Of a stretch of DNA of 64,000 bases, positions 1-9,612 are shown piece after piece. Source of the stretch: Eledone cirrhosa (lineage: Eukaryota); the NCBI GenBank assembly GCA_964016885.1, contig OZ024743.1:92752001-92816000 (forward strand), read 5' to 3'. A model generated the notes under the pieces. It did no database searches. It worked only from the letters and a program-made list of their open reading frames with translations, and had not been told where the DNA came from. The translations under genes were made by a program, and so were the position numbers. Each line of letters opens with the position of its first letter. The first letter of the stretch is position 1.

Positions 1-30
1 ATAAAACTATTAAGTTCAGCATAAGCTTTC

Positions 31-150
31 GTTTACGGCCATATCACGCTGACAACACCGGTTCTCGTCCGATTACCGAAGTTAAGCAACGTCGAACCTA
101 GTTAGTACTTGGATGGGTGACCGCCTGGGAACCCTAGGTGCCGTAAGCGT
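31..150 (+). rRNA. 5S: 5S rRNA copy 1 (C44T, G66A)
   Basis: GTTTACGGCCATATCAC...GTTAAGC...AGTACTTGGATGGGTGACCGCCTGGGAA...GCCGTAAGC; helix I GTTTACGGC/GCCGTAAGC; followed by T-tract. Confidence 0.97.
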
Positions 151-154
151 TTAA

Positions 155-175
155 TTTTTTTTTTTTTTTTTTTTT
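155..175 (+). terminator. Pol III oligo-T terminator (representative; present in every unit, about T14-T28)
   Basis: T21 run 5 nt after gene end, after TTTAA. Confidence 0.9.
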
Positions 176-192
176 CCATTAATATCTTTACA

Positions 193-251
193 GAGCTATT
201 TATTTTTTTAGTTCGGTGACCGCTTAGGAAACCGAGCTGCTGTATACATTT
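193..251 (+). pseudogene. Degenerate duplicate of 5S 3' half in spacer (representative; present in every unit)
   Basis: 208-251 matches 5S +79..+122 at 32/44 ungapped; GAGC-TA extends the match to about +64. Confidence 0.8.
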
Positions 252-256
252 CCATT

Positions 257-284
257 TTTCTTTCTTTTAGTTTCTTTCTTTTGC
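257..284 (+). repeat. 14-bp tandem duplication TTTCTTTCTTTTAG/TTTCTTTCTTTTGC (representative)
   Basis: Direct repeat; single copy in units 5,16,25,35,38,42,62. Confidence 0.75.
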
Positions 285-866
285 AAGCTTCTCTCGCCAA
301 TGTCTGTTAGTTTCAAAATAATTAGGCACGCAAACTTTTTCATTTCTTTCAACCCTACCCTTCGCATACACACCACTGCAAACGTCTTAAAAGCTACCGA
401 CTGCAAAAACAGAGTTTCTTGATAATTTCAGATATTTCAAACTTTTATTCCGTTCGCCTTCCGAAGTAGTGAGCCTGCTATATACTCTAGAAAATATTTA
501 TTGAACAGAGATTTGGCTGCTTTTTCTAGCAGGTAAAATTAGCACATTTCTTTAGAGCCGTTCGAATCGAACATTATCCACATCTGTAATAATTAATTCG
601 GAATGGGTATCGTAGCTAGTTATTTGGCCAAGTTATATAAACAAAAAGACAACATAAGTTTTAAAGACAGCAATATCGACAGCTATGCGACACTCTCGTA
701 GTTAATAACGTGTGTTAATTTAAAAGTTAGGTGAGATTTATGTAAAATTTTATTAAGCAACCTAAATTGCTTGAAAATACTGTGTTATACGGTTGAAAGT
801 AAGAAAAATGTTTAATAGAAAATTAAAATATAAAAATTATCGTAAAAGAAAGGTGTTTAGTGAGTT

Positions 867-906
867 GTTTTATACAATAAAACTATTAAATTCAGCATAA
901 GCTTTC
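867..906 (+). promoter_or_regulatory. Upstream TATA-like element of 5S (ATAAAA at -30..-25) and C at -1 (representative)
   Basis: Position matches the known -30/-25 TATA-like element of 5S genes; embedded in palindrome GTTTTAT-ACA-ATAAAAC. Confidence 0.55.
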
Positions 907-1026
907 GTTTACGGCCATATCACGCTGACAACACCGGTTCTCGTCCGATCACCGAAGTTAAGCAACGTCGAGCCTAGTTAGTACTTGGATGGGTGACCGC
1001 CTGGGAACCCTAGGTGCCGTAAGCGT
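907..1026 (+). rRNA. 5S: 5S rRNA copy 2 (consensus)
   Basis: Matches array consensus 5S. Confidence 0.98.
956..1003 (+). promoter_or_regulatory. 5S internal control region: box A, intermediate element, box C (representative)
   Basis: AGTTAAGC box A at +50; TGGATGGGTGACCGCCTG box C at +80..+97 (type 1 Pol III promoter, TFIIIA site). Confidence 0.85.
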
Positions 1027-1781
1027 TTAATTTTTTTTTTTTTTTTTTTTCATTAATATCTTTACAGAGCTATTTATTTTTTTCAGTTCGGTGACCGCTT
1101 AGGAAACCGAGCTGCTGTATACATTTCCATTTTTCTTTCTTTTAGTTTCTTTCTTTTGCAAGCTTCTCTCGCAAATGTCTGTTAGTTTCAAAATAATTAG
1201 GCACGCAAACTTTTTCCTTTCTTTCAACCCTACCCTTCGCATACACACCACTGCAAACGTCTTAAAAGCTACCGACTGCAAAAACAGAGTTTCTTGATAA
1301 TTTCAGATATTTCAAACTTTTATTCCGTTCGCCTTCCGAAGTAGTGAGCCTGCTATATACTCTAGAAAATATTTATTGAACTGAGATTTGGCTGCTTTTT
1401 CTAGCAGGTAAAATTAGCACATTACTTTAGAGCCGTTCGAATCGAACATTATCCACATCTGTAATAATTAATTCGGAATGGGTATCGTAGCTTGTTATTT
1501 GGCCAAGTTATATAAATAAAAAGACACCATAAGTTTTAAAGACAGCGATATCGACAGCTATGCGACACTCTCGTAGTTAATAACGTGTGTTAATTTAAAA
1601 GTTAGATGAGATTTATGTAAAATTTTATTAAGCAACCTAAATTGCTTGAAAATACTGTGTTATACGGTTGAAAGTAAGAAAAATGTTTAATAGAAAATTA
1701 AAATATAAAAATTATCGTAAAAGAAAGGTGTTTAGTGAGTTGTTTTATACAATAAAACTATTAAATTCAGCATAAGCTTTC

Positions 1782-1901
1782 GTTTACGGCCATATCACGC
1801 TGACAACACCGGTTCTCGTCCGATCACCGAAGTTAAGCAACGTCGAGCCTAGTTAGTACTTGGATGGGTGACCGCCTGGGAACCCTAGGTGCCGTAAGCG
1901 T
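1782..1901 (+). rRNA. 5S: 5S rRNA copy 3
   Basis: Consensus 5S. Confidence 0.97.
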
Positions 1902-2653
1902 TTAATTTTTTTTTTTTTTTTTTCATTAATATCTTTACAGAGCTATTTATTTTTTTAGTTCGGTGACCGCTTAGGAAACCGAGCTGCTGTATACATTTCC
2001 ATTTTTCTTTCTTTTAGTTTCTTTCTTTTGCAAGCTTCTCTCGCCAATGTCTGTTAGTTTCAAAATAATTAGGCACGCAAACTATTTCCTTTCTTTCAAC
2101 CCTACCCTTCGCATACACACCACTGCAAACGTCTTAAAACCTACCGACTGCAAAAACAGAGTTTCTTGATAATTTCAGATATTTCAAACTTTTATTCCGT
2201 TCGCCTTCCGAAGTAGTAAGCCTGCTATATACTCTAGAAAATATTTATTGAACAGAGATTTGGCTGCTTTTTCTAGCAGGTAAAATTAGCACATTTCTTT
2301 AGAGCCGTTCGAATCGAACATTATCCACATCTGTAATAATTAATTCGGAATGGGTATCGTAGCTAGTTATTTGGCCAAGTTATATAAACAAAAAGACAAC
2401 ATAAGTTTTAAAGACAGCAATATCGACAGCTATGCGACACTCTCGTAGTTAATAACGTGTGTTAATTTAAAAGTTAGGTGAGATTTATGTAAAATTTTAT
2501 TAAGCAACCTAAATTGCTTGAAAATACTGTGTTATACGGTTGAAAGTAAGAAAAATGTTTAATAGAAAATTAAAATATAAAAATTATCGTAAAAGAAAGG
2601 TGTTTAGTGAGTTGTTTTATACAATAAAACTATTAAATTCAGCATAAGCTTTC

Positions 2654-2773
2654 GTTTACGGCCATATGACGCTGACAACACCGGTTCTCGTCCGATCACC
2701 AAAGTTAAGCAACGTCGAGCCTAGTTAGTACTTGGATGGGTGACTGCCTGGGAACCCTAGGTGCCGTAAGCGT
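2654..2773 (+). rRNA. 5S: 5S rRNA copy 4 (C15G, G48A, C92T)
   Basis: 5S with three substitutions. Confidence 0.9.
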
Positions 2774-3526
2774 TTAATTTTTTTTTTTTTTTTTTTCATT
2801 AATATCTTTACAGAGCTATTTATTTTTTTAGTTCGGTGACCGCTTAGGAAACCGAGCTGCTGTATACATTTCCATTTTTCTTTCTTTTAGTTTCTTTCTT
2901 TTGCAAGCTTCTCTCGCCAATGTCTGTTAGTTTCAAAATAATTAGGCACGCAAACTTTTTCCTTTCTTTCAACCCTACCCTTCGCATACACACCACTGCA
3001 AACGTCTTAAAAGCTACCGACTGCAAAAACAGAGTTTCTTGATAATTTCAGATATTTCAAACTTTTATTCCGTTCGCCTTCCGAAGTAGTGAGCCTGCTA
3101 TATACTCTAGAAAATATTTATTGAACAGAGATTTGGCTGCTTTTTCTAGCAGGTAAAATTAGCACATTTCTTTAGAGCCGTTCGAATCGAACATTATCGA
3201 CATCTGTAATAATTAATTCGGAATGGGTATCGTAGCTAGTTATTTGGCCAAGTTATATAAACAAAAAGACAACATAAGTTTTAAAGACAGCGATATCGAC
3301 AGCTATGCGACACTCTCGTAGTTAATAACGTGTGTTAATTTAAAAGTTAGATGAGATTTATGTAAAATTTTATTAAGCAACCTAAATTGCTTGAAAATAC
3401 TGTGTTATACGGTTGAAAGTAAGAAAAATGTTTAATAGAAAATTAAAATCTAAAAATTATCGTAAAAGAAAGGTGTTTAGTGAGTTGTTTTATACAATAA
3501 AACTATTAAATTCATGATATTCTTTC

Positions 3527-3646
3527 GTTTACGGCCATATCACGCTGACAACACCGGTTCTCGTCCGATCACCGAAGTTAAGCAACGTCGAGCCTAGTTA
3601 GTACTTGGATGGGTGACCGCCTGGGAACCCTAGGTGCCGTAAGCGT
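3527..3646 (+). rRNA. 5S: 5S rRNA copy 5
   Basis: Consensus 5S; variant upstream flank. Confidence 0.97.
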
Positions 3647-4383
3647 TTAATTTTTTTTTTTTTTTTCATTAATATCTTTACAGAGCTATTTATTTTTTTT
3701 AGTTCGGTGACCGCTTAGGAAACCGAGCTGCTGTATACATTTCCATTTTTCTTTTTTTTGCAAGCTTCTCTCGCCAATGTCTGTTAGTTTCAAAATAATT
3801 AGGCACGCAAACTTTTTCCTTTCTTTCAACCCTACCCTTCGCATACACACCACTGCAAACGTCTTAAAAGCTACCGACTGCAAAAACAGAGTTTCTTGAT
3901 AATTTCAGATATTTCAAACTTTTATTCCGTTCGCCTTCCGAAGTAGTGAGCCTGCTATATACTCTAGAAAATATTTATTGAACAGAGATTTGGCTGCTTT
4001 TTCTAGCAGGTAAAATTAGCACATTTCTTTAGAGCCGTTCGAATCGAACATTATCCACATCTGTAATAATTTATTCGGAATGGGTATCGTAGCTAGTTAT
4101 TTGGCCAAGTTATATAAACAAAAAGACAACATAAGTTTTAAAGACAGCAATATCGACAGCTATGCGACACTCTCGTAGTTAATAACGTGTGTTAATTTAA
4201 AAGTTAGATGAGATTTATGTAAAATTTTATTAAGCAACCTAAATTGCTTGAAAATACTATGTTATACGGTTGAAAGTAAGAAAAATGTTTAATAGAAAAT
4301 TAAAATATAAAAATTATCGTAAAAGAAAGGTGTTTAGTGAGTTGTTTTATACAATAAAACTATTAAGTTCAGCATAAGCTTTC

Positions 4384-4503
4384 GTTTACGGCCATATCAC
4401 GCTGACAACACCGGTTCTCGTCCGATTACCGAAGTTAAGCAACGTCGAACCTAGTTAGTACTTGGATGGGTGACCGCCTGGGAACCCTAGGTGCCGTAAG
4501 CGT
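4384..4503 (+). rRNA. 5S: 5S rRNA copy 6 (C44T, G66A)
   Basis: Same variants as copy 1. Confidence 0.95.
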
Positions 4504-5258
4504 TTAATTTTTTTTTTTTTTTTTTTTCCATTAATATCTTTACAGAGCTATTTATTTTTTTAGTTCGGTGACCGCGTAGGAAACCGAGCTGCTGTATACA
4601 TTTCCATTTTTCTTTCTTTTAGTTTCTTTCTTTTGCAAGCTTCTCTCGCCAATGTCTGTTAGTTTCAAAATAATTAGGCACGCAAACTTTTTCATTTCTT
4701 TCAACCCTACCCTTCGCATACACACCACTGCAAACGTCTTAAAAGCTACCGACTGCAAAAACAGAGTTTCTTGATAATTTCAGATATTTCAAACTTTTAT
4801 TCCGTTCGCCTTCCGAAGTAGTGAGCCTGCTATATACTCTAGAAAATATTTATTGAACAGAGATTTGGCTGCTTTTTCTAGCAGGTAAAATTAGCACATT
4901 TCTTTAGAGCCGTTCGAATCGAACATTATCCACATCTGTAATAATTAATTCGGAATGGGTATCGTAGCTAGTTATTTGGCCAAGTTATATAAACAAAAAG
5001 ACAACATAAGTTTTAAAGACAGCAATATCGACAGCTATGCGACACTCTCGTAGTTAATAACGTGTGTTAATTTAAAAGTTAGGTGAGATTTATGTAAAAT
5101 TTTATTAAGCAACCTAAATTGCTTGAAAATACTGTGTTATACGGTTGAAAGTAAGAAAAATGTTTAATAGAAAATTAAAATATAAAAATTATCGTAAAAG
5201 AAAGGTGTTTAGTGAGTTGTTTTATACAATAAAACTATTAAATTCAGCATAAGCTTTC

Positions 5259-5378
5259 GTTTACGGCCATATCACGCTGACAACACCGGTTCTCGTCCGA
5301 TCACCGAAGTTAAGCAACGTCGAGCCTAGTTAGTACTTGGATGGGTGACCGCCTGGGAACCCTAGGTGCCGTAAGCGT
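5259..5378 (+). rRNA. 5S: 5S rRNA copy 7
   Basis: Consensus 5S. Confidence 0.97.
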
Positions 5379-6133
5379 TTAATTTTTTTTTTTTTTTTTT
5401 TTCATTAATATCTTTACAGAGCTATTTATTTTTTTCAGTTCGGTGACCGCTTAGGAAACCGAGCTGCTGTATACATTTCCATTTTTCTTTCTTTTAGTTT
5501 CTTTCTTTTGCAAGCTTCTCTCGCAAATGTCTGTTAGTTTCAAAATAATTAGGCACGCAAACTTTTTCCTTTCTTTCAACCCTACCCTTCGCATACACAC
5601 CACTGCAAACGTCTTAAAAGCTACCGACTGCAAAAACAGAGTTTCTTGATAATTTCAGATATTTCAAACTTTTATTCCGTTCGCCTTCCGAAGTAGTGAG
5701 CCTGCTATATACTCTAGAAAATATTTATTGAACTGAGATTTGGCTGCATTTTCTAGCAGGTAAAATTAGCACATTACTTTAGAGCCGTTCGAATCGAACA
5801 TTATCCACATCTGTAATAATTAATTCGGAATGGGTATCGTAGCTTGTTATTTGGCCAAGTTATATAAATAAAAAGACACCATAAGTTTTAAAGACAGCGA
5901 TATCGACAGCTATGCGACACTCTCGTAGTTAATAACGTGTGTTAATTTAAAAGTTAGATGAGATTTATGTAAAATTTTATTAAGCAACCTAAATTGCTTG
6001 AAAATACTGTGTTATACGGTTGAAAGTAAGAAAAATGTTTAATAGAAAATTAAAATATAAAAATTATCGTAAAAGAAAGGTGTTTAGTGAGTTGTTTTAT
6101 ACAATAAAACTATTAAATTCAGCATAAGCTTTC

Positions 6134-6253
6134 GTTTACGGCCATATCACGCTGACAACACCGGTTCTCGTCCGATCACCGAAGTTAAGCAACGTCGAGC
6201 CTAGTTAGTACTTGGATGGGTGACCGCCTGGGAACCCTAGGTGCCGTAAGCGT
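6134..6253 (+). rRNA. 5S: 5S rRNA copy 8
   Basis: Consensus 5S. Confidence 0.97.
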
Positions 6254-7005
6254 TTAATTTTTTTTTTTTTTTTTTCATTAATATCTTTACAGAGCTATTT
6301 ATTTTTTTAGTTCGGTGACCGCTTAGGAAACCGAGCTGCTGTATACATTTCCATTTTTCTTTCTTTTAGTTTCTTTCTTTTGCAAGCTTCTCTCGCCAAT
6401 GTCTGTTAGTTTCAAAATAATTAGGCACGCAAACTATTTCCTTTCTTTCAACCCTACCCTTCGCATACACACCACTGCAAACGTCTTAAAACCTACCGAC
6501 TGCAAAAACAGAGTTTCTTGATAATTTCAGATATTTCAAACTTTTATTCCGTTCGCCTTCCGAAGTAGTAAGCCTGCTATATACTCTAGAAAATATTTAT
6601 TGAACAGAGATTTGGCTGCTTTTTCTAGCAGGTAAAATTAGCACATTTCTTTAGAGCCGTTCGAATCGAACATTATCCACATCTGTAATAATTAATTCGG
6701 AATGGGTATCGTAGCTAGTTATTTGGCCAAGTTATATAAACAAAAAGACAACATAAGTTTTAAAGACAGCAATATCGACAGCTATGCGACACTCTCGTAG
6801 TTAATAACGTGTGTTAATTTAAAAGTTAGGTGAGATTTATGTAAAATTTTATTAAGCAACCTAAATTGCTTGAAAATACTGTGTTATACGGTTGAAAGTA
6901 AGAAAAATGTTTAATAGAAAATTAAAATATAAAAATTATCGTAAAAGAAAGGTGTTTAGTGAGTTGTTTTATACAATAAAACTATTAAATTCAGCATAAG
7001 CTTTC

Positions 7006-7125
7006 GTTTACGGCCATATCACGCTGACAACACCGGTTCTCGTCCGATCACCGAAGTTAAGCAACGTCGAGCCTAGTTAGTACTTTGATGGGTGACCGCC
7101 TGGGAACCCTAGGTGCCGTAAGCGT
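7006..7125 (+). rRNA. 5S: 5S rRNA copy 9 (G81T)
   Basis: 5S with box C substitution. Confidence 0.92.
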
Positions 7126-7881
7126 TTAATTTTTTTTTTTTTTTTTGTCTTTCATTAATATCTTTACAGAGCTATTTATTTTTTTAGTTCGGTGACCGCT
7201 TAGGAAACCGAGCTGCTGTATACATTTCCATTTTTCTTTTTTTAGTTTCTTTCTTTTGCAAGCTTCTCTCGCCAATGTCTGTTAGTTTCAAAATAATTAG
7301 GCACGCAAACTTTTTCCTTTCTTTCAACCCTACCCTTCGCATACACACCACTGCAAACGTCTTAAAAGCTACCGACTGCAAAAACAGAGTTTCTTGATAA
7401 TTTCAGATATTTCAAACTTTTATTCCGTTCGCCTTCCGAAGTAGTGAGCCTGCTATATACTCTAGAAAATATTTATTGAACAGAGATTTGGCTGCTTTTT
7501 CTAGCAGGTAAAATTAGCACATTTCTTTAGAGCCGTTCGAATCGAACATTATCCACATCTGTAATAATTAATTCGGAATGGGTATCGTAGCTAGTTATTT
7601 GGCCAAGTTATATAAACAAAAAGACAACATAAGTTTTAAAGACAGCAATATCGACAGCTATGCGACACTCTCGTAGTTAATAACGTGTGTTAATTTAAAA
7701 GTTAGGTGAGATTTATGTAAAATTTTATTAAGCAACCTAAATTGCTTGAAAATACTGTGTTATACGGTTGAAAGTAAGAAAAATGTTTAATAGAAAATTA
7801 AAATATAAAAATTATCGTAAAAGAAAGGTGTTTAGTGAGTTGTTTTATACAATAAAACTATTAAATTCAGCATAAGCTTTC

Positions 7882-8001
7882 GTTTACGGCCATATCACGC
7901 TGACAACACCGGTTCTCGTCCGATCACCGAAGTTAAGCAACGTCGAGCCTAGTTAGTACTTGGATGGGTGACCGCCTGGGAACCCTAGGTGCCGTAAGCG
8001 T
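7882..8001 (+). rRNA. 5S: 5S rRNA copy 10
   Basis: Consensus 5S. Confidence 0.97.
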
Positions 8002-8756
8002 TTAATTTTTTTTTTTTTTTTTGTCTTTCATTAATATCTTTACAGAGCTATTTATTTTTTTAGTTCGGTGACCGCTTAGGAAACCGAGCTGCTGTATACA
8101 TTTCCATTTTTCTTTTTTTAGTTTCTTTCTTTTGCAAGCTTCTCTCGCCAATGTCTGTTAGTTTCAAAATAATTAGGCACGCAAACTTTTCCTTTCTTTC
8201 AACCCTACCCTTCGCATACACACCACTGCAAACGTCTTAAAAGCTACCGACTGCAAAAACAGAGTTTCTTGATAATTTCAGATATTTCAAACTTTTATTC
8301 CGTTCGCCTTCCGAAGTAGTGAGCCTGCTATATACTCTAGAAAATATTTATTGAACAGAGATTTGGCTGCTTTTTCTAGCAGGTAAAATTAGCACATTTC
8401 TTTAGAGCCGTTCGAATCGAACATTATCGACATCTGTAATAATTAATTCGGAATGGGTATCGTAGCTAGTTATTTGGCCAAGTTATATAAACAAAAAGAC
8501 AACATAAGTTTTAAAGACAGCAATATCGACAGCTATGCGACACTCTCGTAGTTAATAACGTGTGTTAATTTAAAAGTTAGATGAGATTTATGTAAAATTT
8601 TATTAAGCAACCTAAATTGCTTGAAAATACTATGTTATACGGTTGAAAGTAAGAAAAATGTTTAATAGAAAATTAAAATATAAAAATTATCGTAAAAGAA
8701 AGGTGTTTAGTGAGTTGTTTTATACAATAAAACTATTAAGTTCAGCATAAGCTTTC

Positions 8757-8863
8757 GTTTACGGCCATATCACGCTGACAACACCGGTTCTCGTCCGATC
8801 ACCGAAGTTAAGCAACGTCGAGCCTAGTTAGTACTTGGATGGAACCCTAGGTGCCGTAAGCGT
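8757..8863 (+). pseudogene. 5S: 5S copy 11, 13-bp deletion in box C / helix IV
   Basis: GGATGGAACCC instead of GGATGGGTGACCGCCTGGGAACCC. Confidence 0.9.
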
Positions 8864-9612
8864 TTAATTTTTTTTTTTTTTTTCATTAATATCTTTACAG
8901 AGCTATTTATTTTTTTAGTTCGGTGACCGCTTAGGAAACCGAGCTGCTGTATACATTTCCATTTTTCTTTTTTTAGTTTCTTTCTATTGCAAGCTTCTCT
9001 CGCCAATGTCTGTTAGTTTCAAAATAATTAGGCACGCAAACTTTTTCCTTTCTTTCAACCCTACCCTTCGCATACACACCACTGCAAACGTCTTAAAAGC
9101 TACCGACTGCAAAAACAGAGTTTCTTGATAATTTCAGATATTTCAAACTTTTATTCCGTTCGCCTTCCGAAGTAGTGAGCCTGCTATATACTCTAGAAAA
9201 TATTTATTGAACTGAGATTTGGCTGCTTTTTCTAGCAGGTAAAATTAGCACATTACTTTAGAGCCGTTCGAATCGAACATTATCCACATCTGTAATAATT
9301 AATTCGGAATGGGTATCGTAGCTTGTTATTTGGCCAAGTTATATAAATAAAAAGACACCATAAGTTTTAAAGACAGCGATATCGACAGCTATGCAACACC
9401 CTCGTAGTTAATAACGTGTGTTAATTTAAAAGTTAGATGAGATTTATGTAAAATTTTATTAAGCAACCTAAATTGCTTGAAAATACTGTGTTATACGGTT
9501 GAAAGTAAGAAAAATGTTTAATAGAAAATTAAAATATAAAAATTATCGTAAAAGAAAGGTGTTTAGTGAGTTGTTTTATACAATAAAACTATTAAATTCA
9601 GCATAAGCTTTC

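Larger units (their letters stand above)
788..1232. repeat. 23-bp imperfect inverted repeat pair bracketing 5S gene, TA at both outer flanks (representative)
   Basis: 791-813 GGTTGAAAGTAAGAAAAATGTTT vs 1207-1229 AAACTTTTTCCTTTCTTTCAACC: 20/23 complementary. Confidence 0.5.

Noticed and set aside
210-240. Hammerhead ribozyme suggested by GAAA next to a stem
   Set aside because: No CUGANGA core and no valid NUH cleavage triplet
224-406. Recurring 60-100 aa minus-strand ORFs (MQSVAFKTFAVV...)
   Set aside because: Non-ATG starts, Lys-rich translation of T-tracts, freely frameshifted or stopped between units, no recognisable domain
520-540. U1 snRNA on the minus strand (TTTTACCTG resembles ACTTACCTG)
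   Set aside because: No U1 loop motifs (GATCACGAAG, ATTGCAC) and no Sm site downstream
545-635. Intact tRNA gene in the spacer
   Set aside because: B-box-like core only; no acceptor, D or anticodon stems can be formed
634-641. TATATAAA as a Pol II or type 3 Pol III promoter
   Set aside because: AT-rich context, no identifiable downstream gene or PSE, and about 270 bp from the next 5S start
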